A stretch of 32,000 nt of DNA from Alkalilimnicola ehrlichii MLHE-1 (GTDB lineage Bacteria; Pseudomonadota; Gammaproteobacteria; Nitrococcales; Halorhodospiraceae). The stretch spans positions 1,950,001 to 1,982,000 of the forward strand of contig NC_008340.1 of NCBI RefSeq assembly GCF_000014785.1. Reading direction: 5' to 3'. Shown here piece after piece: positions 1 to 7,907 of the stretch. Below the pieces are notes generated by a model. It worked only from the letters and a program-made list of their open reading frames with translations. It did not search any database and had not been told where the DNA came from. A program made the position numbers and the translations under genes. Within the stretch, counting starts at the first letter, position 1. Each line of letters opens with the position of its first letter.

Positions 1-662
1 GCAAGGTGCTGGTCACCAACTATGAGATCTGGAACAACAACCCGGAAAAAGTGCTCGGCCTAACGGAAGAATGGGTTGAGAAACACCCCAATACCCACAG
101 AGCCTTGCTGCAGGCATTGATCCAGACCAATAAGTGGATGGACGAGCCCGAGAACCGCGAGGAGGTCGTGGACATCATCTCCCGCCGGGCCTACGTCAAC
201 GCACCACCCCATGTGGTGGGCATGTCTATGAAGGGCACACTGCAGTTCCAGCGGGACGAGAAGCCGCGCCCGTTCCCGGATTTCAACGTCTTCCACCGAT
301 ATGCCGCCACCTACCCGTGGCGCTCCCACGCCGTCTGGTTCCTGACCCAGATGGTGCGTTGGGGTCAGCTACGCGAGCCGGAGGATCTGCTCAAAGTCGC
401 CGAGCGGGTCTACCGGCCCGACCTTTATCGTGAGGCCGCCCGTGCCGTGGGCGAGCCCTACCCCACCATCGATTACAAAAGCGAAGGCACGCGGGATAAG
501 CCTTGGACCCTCCAGGAGGCCAGCCACCCCATTGAGATGGGGCCGGACCGCTTCCTCGATGGCCGCACTTTCGACCCCCGGGATGTCATGGCTTACCTGG
601 AAGGCTTTGATGTGCACTCCCGGGCCCTGAGCCTGCCGCAACTGGCCGAATTGAACGGCTGA
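1..662 (+). CDS. nrtA: Nitrate/nitrite ABC transporter substrate-binding protein, C-terminal part (5' end lies outside the window)
   Basis: The frame is open to the left edge; the track start at 6 is an internal GTG. The segment YPWRSHAVWFLTQMVRWGQL and the surrounding sequence are characteristic of NrtA/NasF/CmpA-type binding proteins. The cognate permease gene starts 10 nt downstream. Confidence 0.8.
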   Translation, partial: KVLVTNYEIWNNNPEKVLGLTEEWVEKHPNTHRALLQALIQTNKWMDEPENREEVVDIISRRAYVNAPPHVVGMSMKGTLQFQRDEKPRPFPDFNVFHRYAATYPWRSHAVWFLTQMVRWGQLREPEDLLKVAERVYRPDLYREAARAVGEPYPTIDYKSEGTRDKPWTLQEASHPIEMGPDRFLDGRTFDPRDVMAYLEGFDVHSRALSLPQLAELNG

Positions 663-672
663 GGAGACGCTC

Positions 673-1608
673 ATGGTTGCCAACACTTACGATATCAGCG
701 CCTCTACCGCCGACAGGCGGTCTGAGGAGGCCACCACCAGGCCTTTGGCCCGTTCCGCCGCTGCCGACACACGGCGTCCCACCGCGGACGTAGCACCCGT
801 AGAATGCCGGCGCTGGGAACAGATGGTCGCAAGCCTGCAAACCGTTACCCGGTTGGTCACGCTACCCACCCTGACCTTCCTGATCGTACTCGCGGTTTGG
901 GCAACGACCCAGAGCACCGTTGCGCCGGACCTGCCCACCGTGGGCGAAACGTGGCAGCGGGCCGTCACGCTTTTCTCCGACCCCTTTTACGACTATGGCC
1001 CCAACGACATGGGCATCGGCTGGCAGGTGACCTACTCGCTGGGCCGGGTGCTCGGCGGGTTCTTCCTGGCGTTGCTCGTGGGCATTCCAGTCGGGCTGAT
1101 GATGGGCACCAGCGAAGTCTGTCGGCGCGCCTGGGGGCCACTGATCCAGATCCTGCGCCCGGTCAGCCCGCTGGCCTGGCTGCCCATCGGCCTGCTGCTC
1201 TTCCGGGCGGTGGACCCCTCGGCCATCTTTGTGATCTTCATCACCAGCATATGGCCCATCATCCTGAACACCTCCGCGGGCGTACAGGCGATTCCACGGG
1301 ACTACATGAATGTCTCCCGCGTCCTTCAGTTGAACCGCCTCGAGATCACCCGAAAAATCCTGCTGCCGGCGGCACTGCCTCACATGCTCACCGGCATGCG
1401 CCTCTCCCTAGGTATCGCCTGGATGGTCATTGTGGCCGCGGAGATGCTCACCGGTGGGATCGGTATCGGCTTTTTCGTCTGGGACGAGTGGAACAACCTC
1501 AATGTCGCCTCGATTCTCGTGGCCATTCTGGTCATCGGTCTCGTGGGCATTGCCCTGGATACCGTCATGAATCTGGTCCAGCGCCGCCTGGACTACACCC
1601 AGCGCTGA
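673..1608 (+). CDS. nrtB: Nitrate ABC transporter permease
   Basis: ATG at 673 follows GAGGAG (661-666). The protein is multi-spanning and hydrophobic, with the ABC-permease cytoplasmic loop region (RVLQLNRLEITRKILLPAALPHMLTGMRLSLGIAWMVIVAAEM). It sits between the binding-protein and ATPase genes. An alternative internal ATG at 823 would remove a non-hydrophobic 50-aa leader. Confidence 0.85.
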   Translation: MVANTYDISASTADRRSEEATTRPLARSAAADTRRPTADVAPVECRRWEQMVASLQTVTRLVTLPTLTFLIVLAVWATTQSTVAPDLPTVGETWQRAVTLFSDPFYDYGPNDMGIGWQVTYSLGRVLGGFFLALLVGIPVGLMMGTSEVCRRAWGPLIQILRPVSPLAWLPIGLLLFRAVDPSAIFVIFITSIWPIILNTSAGVQAIPRDYMNVSRVLQLNRLEITRKILLPAALPHMLTGMRLSLGIAWMVIVAAEMLTGGIGIGFFVWDEWNNLNVASILVAILVIGLVGIALDTVMNLVQRRLDYTQR

Positions 1609-1625
1609 ACAGGGGAGAAGACATC

Positions 1626-2417
1626 ATGAATAGCTACCTGAGCCTCGAAGGCATCGACATGAGTTTCGACACCCCGCGCGGCAAGTTGGAGGTGTTGCGC
1701 AGCGTCGATCTACGGATTCAGAAAGGGGAGTACACATCGATCATCGGCCATTCCGGCTGCGGCAAATCCACGGTACTGAATATCGTGGCCGGTCTGCTGC
1801 AGGCGACCCGCGGGGGGGTGCTGCTGGACAACCGGGAGGTGAACAGCCCCGCCCCGGACCGCGCGGTGGTATTCCAGAATCACTCGCTGCTCCCCTGGCT
1901 GACGGTCTACGACAACGTGCGCTTGGCCGTGGACAAGGTTTTCGCGACAGATAGCGCCGTCCGGCGCCACGAACGCACCATGGAGAAGCTCGAACTGGTG
2001 CAGATGACGCATGCTCGGGAGCAGTATCCCAGCGAGGTGTCCGGTGGCATGAAGCAGCGCGTGGGCATCGCGCGAGCCCTGGCCATGGAACCCAAGGTCC
2101 TGCTCATGGACGAGCCGTTCGGCGCATTGGATGCGCTCACCCGGGCCCACTTGCAGGATTCCGTCATGGAGATCCATCAACGCCTGGGTAATACCGTCAT
2201 CATGATCACGCACGATGTGGACGAGGCGGTACTCCTGTCTGATCGGATCGTCATGATGACCAACGGCCCGTCGGCCACTATCGGTGAGAACCTCACGGTA
2301 GACCTGGCACGCCCGCGGAACCGGCTCGCCCTGGCCGAAGACCCCAGATTCCACCAGTACCGCGCCGCTGTTCTGCGCTTCCTGCACGCACGGCACGGCA
2401 ACCCGGAGGCGGCCTGA
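1626..2417 (+). CDS. nrtD: Nitrate ABC transporter ATP-binding protein
   Basis: ATG at 1626 follows AGGGGAGAAG. Walker A is GHSGCGKST, the ABC signature is SGGMKQR and Walker B is VLLMDEPF. The first 274 codons of track ORF 804..2417 overlap nrtB out of frame and look non-coding (Arg/Pro/Gly-rich). Confidence 0.9.
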   Translation: MNSYLSLEGIDMSFDTPRGKLEVLRSVDLRIQKGEYTSIIGHSGCGKSTVLNIVAGLLQATRGGVLLDNREVNSPAPDRAVVFQNHSLLPWLTVYDNVRLAVDKVFATDSAVRRHERTMEKLELVQMTHAREQYPSEVSGGMKQRVGIARALAMEPKVLLMDEPFGALDALTRAHLQDSVMEIHQRLGNTVIMITHDVDEAVLLSDRIVMMTNGPSATIGENLTVDLARPRNRLALAEDPRFHQYRAAVLRFLHARHGNPEAA

Positions 2418-2435
2418 GCGCTGCGGGAGGGTCTT

Positions 2436-3329
2436 ATGAAAGAACTGCCCGTTTATCTCAATCGGACAGGCCGAGACGTGCTGGTGGACGGCGGCGACGC
2501 GACCGGCCTCGGCGAAGTTTATCTCGTGGGCGCAGGTCCGGGCGACCCGGAACTGCTCACTCTCCGTGCTGTTCGGCTGCTTCAGCAGGCGGATGTGGTG
2601 GTCCACGACCGCCTGGTCTCCCGGGCCGTGCTGGATCTGGTGAGCGAGGACGTGGAAAGGATCTTTGTCGGCAAGCAAGGCTTTCGCGATGGCCATCGGC
2701 AAAGACGCATAAACGACATAATGATTGAAAAGGCCCGCCAGGGGATGCGAGTCGCACGCCTGAAGGGCGGCGACCCCTTCGTATTCGGGCGCGGTGGCGA
2801 GGAGTTGGAGGCCCTGGCGAATGCCGGGATCCGGTTCCAGGTGGTCCCGGGCGTGACTGCGGCCACGGGTTGCGCGGCCTACGCCGGCATCCCCCTCACC
2901 CATCGCGAGCACGCCCAGTCCGTTCGTTTCATCACCGCCCACACCCGTAGGGGACGGCTAGACTTGGGCAGGCAGCGGCTCGACGTGGCGGGCGAGACCC
3001 TGGTCTTGTATATGGGGCTGACCCATGTGGACCAACTCTGTAGTGAGTTACAGCGCCTGGGACAGCCGGAAACGCGTCCGGTCGCCGTCGTGGTTCAAGG
3101 GACCACTGGCCATCAGCGGGTGATCGAGGGGACACTGGCCACTCTTCCGAGCCGGGTGGCGGAGACGACGGTCGGCTCGCCGGGATTGCTCATCGTGGGC
3201 GAGGTGGTCCGTCTCCGCCGACGACTGGCCTGGTTTGAGGGCACTGGCACTGGTAACGCCCCCTTCCCCACCCTGGTACAAGCCTTGACGGGGACACCGG
3301 CCGGGAACAAAAGGGTAGAGGTGGCATGA
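2436..3329 (+). CDS. cobA: Uroporphyrinogen-III C-methyltransferase (SUMT, siroheme/precorrin-2 branch)
   Basis: ATG at 2436 follows GGGAGG. It carries the SUMT motifs VYLVGAGPGDPELLTLRAVRLLQQADVVVHDRLV and LKGGDPFVFGRGGEE. It lies 18 nt downstream of nrtD. Confidence 0.9.
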   Translation: MKELPVYLNRTGRDVLVDGGDATGLGEVYLVGAGPGDPELLTLRAVRLLQQADVVVHDRLVSRAVLDLVSEDVERIFVGKQGFRDGHRQRRINDIMIEKARQGMRVARLKGGDPFVFGRGGEELEALANAGIRFQVVPGVTAATGCAAYAGIPLTHREHAQSVRFITAHTRRGRLDLGRQRLDVAGETLVLYMGLTHVDQLCSELQRLGQPETRPVAVVVQGTTGHQRVIEGTLATLPSRVAETTVGSPGLLIVGEVVRLRRRLAWFEGTGTGNAPFPTLVQALTGTPAGNKRVEVA

Positions 3330-4171
3330 GCGAGCGGATTGACCGGAATGCGTTAGCGGATAGCCTGGCCGGACGCCATGTGGCCATTCCCGAGTCCCGG
3401 CAACTGGAGGTGCTGGCCGGGCTCTTGGAGCGTCGAGGCGCCCGTGTCTGGCGGTGCCCGTTGGTGGGCATTCACGACGTGGCGAATCCGGCACCAGTAG
3501 ATGACTGGCTGCGCGACTTCGTGGCCGATCCGCCCGACCTGTTGATCCTGCTGACCGGGGAAGGCCTCCGCAGGCTACTGAGCCGGTGCGAGGCCATCGG
3601 TTTGCGCGACGCATTCCTGAACGCATTGAGCGGCACATCCGTGCTCTGCCGGGGGCCAAAACCCGCGCGTGTGCTTCAGGAACTGGCCTTGACGCCGGAT
3701 CGGATGGCCGTCGAGGCGACCACCGAGGGCGTTATCCGGACCCTGAACGGCGACGAGTTGCAAGGTCGCCGTGTTGCCGTTCAACTCTACGGAACCAACC
3801 CCAACCAGCGGCTCATGGACTATCTGAAGAAGGCCGGTGCCCACACCACCACCGTGGCGCCCTACGTCTACGCTGACGAGGCCGAGGACGACGAGGTCCG
3901 GCAACTGGTGGTCGCCCTGGGCGAAGGCCGACTGGATGCGCTGATCCTGACGAGCAGCCCGCAGGTACAGCGCCTGCTGCAGGTAGCCAAAGCAGGCAAC
4001 CTGGAAGAGCTCCTGCGCGATGGCCTCCGGCAATGCACTGTGGCTGCCATCGGGCCGGTCGTGGCCCGAGCCCTGAGGGAGCGGGCACTGCCAGTGGACC
4101 TGATGCCGGAACACCGATGGTTCATGAAACCCCTGGTACAGGCACTGGCCAAGCACCTCGGCCCCGCCTAG
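3326..4171 (+). CDS. hemD: Uroporphyrinogen-III synthase family (HEM4/HemD-like) protein
   Basis: The start overlaps the cobA stop as ATGA (3326-3329). Length (about 280 aa) and the two-lobed Rossmann-like pattern (LLILLTGEGLRRLL ... DALILTSSPQVQRLL) fit the HemD family. The family assignment comes from motif-level recognition only. Confidence 0.65.
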   Translation: MSERIDRNALADSLAGRHVAIPESRQLEVLAGLLERRGARVWRCPLVGIHDVANPAPVDDWLRDFVADPPDLLILLTGEGLRRLLSRCEAIGLRDAFLNALSGTSVLCRGPKPARVLQELALTPDRMAVEATTEGVIRTLNGDELQGRRVAVQLYGTNPNQRLMDYLKKAGAHTTTVAPYVYADEAEDDEVRQLVVALGEGRLDALILTSSPQVQRLLQVAKAGNLEELLRDGLRQCTVAAIGPVVARALRERALPVDLMPEHRWFMKPLVQALAKHLGPA

Positions 4172-4196
4172 CGCTCCGGACCCCATGCCGGGGCGC
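4171..4196. terminator. GC-rich hairpin between convergent hemD-like and nasR-like genes (possible bidirectional terminator)
   Basis: GCGCTCCGG (4171-4179) pairs with CCGGGGCGC (4188-4196) across an 8-nt loop. That gives 9 bp, with one G-U on the plus transcript. There is no U-tract, so it is not a canonical intrinsic terminator. Confidence 0.3.
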
Positions 4197-4209
4197 CACC
4201 GTGCGGGAC

Positions 4210-5505
4210 TTACCGTCCCACCCCCTTGAACATATCCGCCAGATCAATGGTCGCCCGGGCCACATCGACCAACTTCTTGTTCTGAGTCATAGCCAGCTTA
4301 CGCATGAACCGGTAAGCCTCATCCTCAGTCATGTCCCGGTGGGTCATAATCAGACCCTTGGCCTTCTCAATGGACTTGCGCTCCTCCAACGCAGCCTGGG
4401 CCTCCCGCAACTGCTCGCCCATCTCGTGCAGGCGGAGCGACTGGGACTGCACCAGATCGATCAGCGAGCGGCCCAAACGGGGGCTGGCGCAGCCGGCGTC
4501 GTAGGTTTCTTCCACCGGAGGTGCATCGGCGGGCGGGTCATAAAAGATGGCGAAAGACCCCGGCCCCGGCTGTTCAACCAGGGTGTCCAGCTCGATCCGG
4601 TGCTTGTCCAAATCCGCCCGGGCGTCCTCGAGTTTTCGTGCGCAGAGCTCAGTCAGGGCTACCTCCAGACGGTCCTCCACCTCCTTGATCGCATTGATCC
4701 GGGCAGTTGTCAGTTCGAACCAGTCATCGCAGAGCGATTGCTCGGCCTGCCCTTCCTGCACGGAGGCGAAGGCGATGCGCCGGAACCGCTCCAGCGTGGT
4801 CATGGCCTCGCGACTGATCGCCCCCCGCCACGCATCCAGAGAGCGCGAATCGGCGAACTCCATAAAGATCTGAAAGCAGCGCTCCTGGTGGTCTATCAAT
4901 TGTTGTAGCCGTCCGGAAAGGGGCTCGTCGAACCCGCCACGGGCGAAGCCAGCAGCGCCCACAGCGCGCTCCTGCCCGGCCAACTCCTTACCCTGCATGA
5001 GATGAAACATGGCCACCAGTACGCGCGAGATATCCGGATCGGCGGCCGCATCAGCCGCCTCGAAGACCACAGCGAGCAGACCGCGCACCAGTTCACTGTA
5101 GCCCTCGATGATGGCCTCCGGGGACAGTTTCAGACCCCGGATTTCACGGCGCACGGCGCGCAGTTCATCGAGCCCGTGAAGGGCATAAGCGATCCGGGCG
5201 AACAGGCGAACGAACCCCGGGCTGCAGAGCCGTTGCGTGTCCAGCTCGGCGAGCCGCTCACGAAACGCTTGCTCCCTGTCTCGGGTTTCCTCTACCCGCC
5301 GCGCCAACCGTTCACCGGCCCGCTCGCCACGGGACGCCACATGGAGGTTGGACAGGCCCCGCTCCTGCTGGAGCGCATGCACCAAGTCACTGACCGCGGC
5401 CACCAGGCGGCCCATGTGTAGCAGATGATCCAGGCCCAGGATTTCACAACGTTTGGAGGCCAGCAGATAGTCGGCGACCTCCTGAGTGGCGCTGGTATTC
5501 GCCAT
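4210..5505 (-). CDS. nasR: Nitrate/nitrite-sensing transcription antiterminator (NIT sensor domain plus C-terminal ANTAR RNA-binding domain)
   Basis: ATG at 5505. The C-terminus EERKSIEKAKGLIMTHRDMTEDEAYRFMRKLAMTQNKKLVDVARATI is a typical ANTAR domain. The long helical N-terminal region matches the NasR-type NIT domain architecture. The gene is adjacent to nitrate uptake genes. Confidence 0.85.
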   Translation of the reverse strand: MANTSATQEVADYLLASKRCEILGLDHLLHMGRLVAAVSDLVHALQQERGLSNLHVASRGERAGERLARRVEETRDREQAFRERLAELDTQRLCSPGFVRLFARIAYALHGLDELRAVRREIRGLKLSPEAIIEGYSELVRGLLAVVFEAADAAADPDISRVLVAMFHLMQGKELAGQERAVGAAGFARGGFDEPLSGRLQQLIDHQERCFQIFMEFADSRSLDAWRGAISREAMTTLERFRRIAFASVQEGQAEQSLCDDWFELTTARINAIKEVEDRLEVALTELCARKLEDARADLDKHRIELDTLVEQPGPGSFAIFYDPPADAPPVEETYDAGCASPRLGRSLIDLVQSQSLRLHEMGEQLREAQAALEERKSIEKAKGLIMTHRDMTEDEAYRFMRKLAMTQNKKLVDVARATIDLADMFKGVGR

Positions 5506-5580
5506 AGTGCCCCTTGTCGTTCGTAGCCTGAGAAAATCACCCGACGGATCTGCCGCCAGGGCCTGATCTCAGTCAGCATG

Positions 5581-5596
5581 TGCAAATTCCAGGCCA
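5581..5596 (-). promoter_or_regulatory. Sigma-54 (-24/-12) promoter candidate for the nasR-like gene
   Basis: The minus strand reads TGGCCTGGAATTTGCA. This matches TGGCAC-N5-TTGCA with the exact GG-N10-GC spacing. It lies 76-91 nt upstream of the nasR ATG. Confidence 0.6.
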
Positions 5597-5662
5597 ATCA
5601 GAAAGGATGCACTATATCCATATTTATCTCTATTTTCCGGTTGTTACATACCTCCACCCTGA

Positions 5663-5704
5663 GCGCACCATCGCGCCGTGCGCGATAATGGTGCACCGCA
5701 CCAT
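5663..5704. promoter_or_regulatory. Cluster of dyad-symmetric elements built from GCACC/GGTGC half-sites (candidate enhancer/UAS for the sigma-54 promoter)
   Basis: GCGCAC-N9-GTGCGC spans 5663-5683. The perfect dyad ATGGTGC-ACC-GCACCAT spans 5688-5704. The motif GCACCAT occurs three times (5665, inverted at 5688-5694, and 5698). The cluster is centred about 100 bp upstream of the -24/-12 element, with an AT-rich tract (5613-5638) in between. Confidence 0.45.
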
Positions 5705-5831
5705 AATACTGGTCATATTGCCCCGGTATAGCGCCCCGGCGAGGTAAGCAGCGCCTCAACTATCCCACCCTTCACCGCTTACGGCGGGAACCCGCGATGC
5801 CTCCCGGTGATTCGCGATTGGGGCACACGGG

Positions 5832-6506
5832 TCACTGACGCAGGAAACGCCCACACCCCGGATAGGTTCTGGTGTCCACGCGCAGTTCCACGGTGGCATT
5901 GAAGCGCTCGCCGCTCATGCTGTCGCGACAGGTGGCGCGCTGGATGTGCAGTTCCACCCGGTGGTCATCGGACTCAACCCGGAATGCCGTGCCACCGTCC
6001 GGGGTGATGAAGGGGCTGATCCGGTCGAAGGCCAGTTCCCGCTCCCCGTAGTCCAGGGTAAGCGTGAGTGCCGGCGTCTGGTTGTTGTTCACTTCGGCCA
6101 TCCAGCCCGGCTCCTGGCCCACGGCCCAGAAGCCGGCCCCGCGAAGCTCCGCGGCCCGCCACGGGGGCAGGTGGTCAGTGGCCCGGCAGCGCAGCGGCTC
6201 GTCCCCGTCGAGCGTGAACCGGGCCTCGTCCATGCCTTTGACGTGGAACTCGTCGCCGTGGCGGTTCCGGTAACGGGCGCCGGATGCGGCCTCTTCCGCC
6301 GCCAGGCCGAGGGTGCCCATGCCGATGTGCAGAATCACGCCGTCCGCCTCGAACTCGGCGCGCACCCGGGTCTCACCGCACTGGTAGGCCTGATCCTGCC
6401 CAGTGGCAGGCATGTCATCCCCGCCACCGCCCTGGGCGGCGGCACAGCCGGCCAGGGCTACGACCAGGGGGGCGATCAGGGTCAGGGGGGCCCGAAGAAC
6501 GGCCAT
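5832..6506 (-). CDS. Putative lipoprotein with an MliC-like (lysozyme-inhibitor fold) N-terminal domain
   Basis: ATG at 6506 follows GGGAGG. It has a signal peptide with lipobox LAGC. The pattern YQCGE...SGARYRN...FHVKGMDEARFTLDG...LRC resembles MliC-family domains. The C-terminal half is uncharacterised but Cys-containing (TCRDSMSG...YPGCG). Confidence 0.6.
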   Translation of the reverse strand: MAVLRAPLTLIAPLVVALAGCAAAQGGGGDDMPATGQDQAYQCGETRVRAEFEADGVILHIGMGTLGLAAEEAASGARYRNRHGDEFHVKGMDEARFTLDGDEPLRCRATDHLPPWRAAELRGAGFWAVGQEPGWMAEVNNNQTPALTLTLDYGERELAFDRISPFITPDGGTAFRVESDDHRVELHIQRATCRDSMSGERFNATVELRVDTRTYPGCGRFLRQ

Positions 6507-6521
6507 GGTTGACGCCTCCCG

Positions 6522-7907
6522 TCAGTCCGGCCGTTTCAGGCCGGCGTCGCGGTCCATTTCATGCAGGCGTTCCAGGCGCTCGGCGATACGCGCCTCCAGC
6601 CCGCGCTCCGGCGGCCGGTAGTAGCGGCGCACGCCCATGGCCTCGGGGAAGTAGTTCTCACCGGCGGCGTAGGCATCCGGCTCGTCGTGGGCGTAGCGGT
6701 AGGCGCGGCCGTAGCCCAGCTCCTTCATCAATCGCGTGGGGGCATTGCGCAGGTGCACCGGGATCTCCTGGCTGCCCTGCTCGCGCGCGTCGCGCATGGC
6801 CGCGTTAAAGGCCGCATACACCGCGTTGCTCTTGGGCACGCTGGCCATGTAGACCACCGCCTGGGCCAGGGCCAGTTCGCCCTCCGGGCTGCCGAGGCGC
6901 TCGTAGGCCTCGACGCCATCCAGGGCCATCTGCAGGGCGCGCGGGTCGGCGTTGCCGATGTCCTCCGAGGCCATGCGGATCACCCGCCGACCGATGTAGA
7001 GCGGGTCGCAACCACCATCGAGCATGCGGCAGAACCAGTAGAGCGTGGCGTCGGGGTCAGAGCCGCGTACCGACTTGTGCAGGGCGGAGATCTGCTCGTA
7101 GAAGGCATCGCCGCCCTTGTCGAAGCGTCGGGTGCCACCGGCCACCGCCTCCCGGATGGCCGCCTCGTCCACGGTGTCCGACTCCGCTAGGTCGGCGGCG
7201 ATCTCCAGGGTGGTCAGCGCCCGGCGGGCGTCGCCGTCGGCGGCCCGCACCACCAGCCGCAGGGCGTCGTCGGTAAGCCGCACCCGACCGCCATAACCGC
7301 GCTCCGGCTCCGCCAGGGCCTGGCGGACGATGCCCTCGATGGCGACCTCGTCCAGGGCCCGGAGCACGTAGACCCGGGCCCGCGACAGCAGGGCGTTGTT
7401 GAGCTCGAAGGAGGGGTTTTCGGTGGTGGCACCGATGAAGATGACCGTGCCGTCCTCCACCCAGGGCAGAAAGGCGTCCTGCTGCGCCTTGTTGAACCGG
7501 TGCACCTCGTCCACGAACAGCAGGGTGCGCCCCCCCGCGGCCCGCACCCGGGTGGCCTCCTCCATGGCCGCGCGGATGTCCTTGACCCCGGCCATGACCG
7601 CCGAGAGGGTGAGAAAACGTGCCTCGGCCGCCTCCGCCACCAGCCGCGCCAGGGTGGTCTTGCCAGTGCCGGGCGGCCCCCAGAGGATCATGCTGTGGGG
7701 CCGCCCGGCGCGGATGCCCTCGCGCAGCGATCGCCCCTCGCCCAGGATGTGGTCCTGACCGATGAACTCATCCAGGGTGCGCGGCCGCATGCGATCGGCC
7801 AACGGCCGGGCGGCCAGATCGGCACCCTCGCGCTCCGGCGCGTCGGCCCCGGGGCCCGCGCCGGCTGGCTCCGGATCCAACCCGGGCAACCCCTCCTGGT
7901 GGCTCAA
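6522..7907 (-). CDS. rarA: Replication-associated recombination protein A (AAA+ ATPase)
   Basis: It has PLADRMRPRTLDEFIGQ, Walker A GPPGTGKTTLARL, Walker B LLFVDEVHRFNK and a conserved MgsA C-terminal region. The most upstream start is TTG at 7907, which overlaps the lolA stop as TTGA. An alternative TTG at 7880 lies 11 nt after AGGAGGGG. Confidence 0.9.
   Translation of the reverse strand: MSHQEGLPGLDPEPAGAGPGADAPEREGADLAARPLADRMRPRTLDEFIGQDHILGEGRSLREGIRAGRPHSMILWGPPGTGKTTLARLVAEAAEARFLTLSAVMAGVKDIRAAMEEATRVRAAGGRTLLFVDEVHRFNKAQQDAFLPWVEDGTVIFIGATTENPSFELNNALLSRARVYVLRALDEVAIEGIVRQALAEPERGYGGRVRLTDDALRLVVRAADGDARRALTTLEIAADLAESDTVDEAAIREAVAGGTRRFDKGGDAFYEQISALHKSVRGSDPDATLYWFCRMLDGGCDPLYIGRRVIRMASEDIGNADPRALQMALDGVEAYERLGSPEGELALAQAVVYMASVPKSNAVYAAFNAAMRDAREQGSQEIPVHLRNAPTRLMKELGYGRAYRYAHDEPDAYAAGENYFPEAMGVRRYYRPPERGLEARIAERLERLHEMDRDAGLKRPD

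Noticed and set aside
5578-5688. A 36-codon ATG-initiated ORF on the plus strand in the nasR upstream region (MCKFQANQKGCTISIFISIF...).
   Set aside because: It has AT-rich third positions, in contrast to the strong GC3 bias of all confident genes. It has no Shine-Dalgarno sequence. It overlaps the sigma-54 promoter and the dyads, which explain the sequence better.
5678-5704. Possible XerCD dif site. GTGCGCGATAA resembles the XerC arm GGTGCGCATAA of E. coli dif.
   Set aside because: The arm contains an extra base. The sequence that follows (TGGTGCACCGCACCATA) does not match the 6-nt central region or the XerD arm TTATGTTAAAT. The similarity is better explained by the GCACC/GGTGC dyads.
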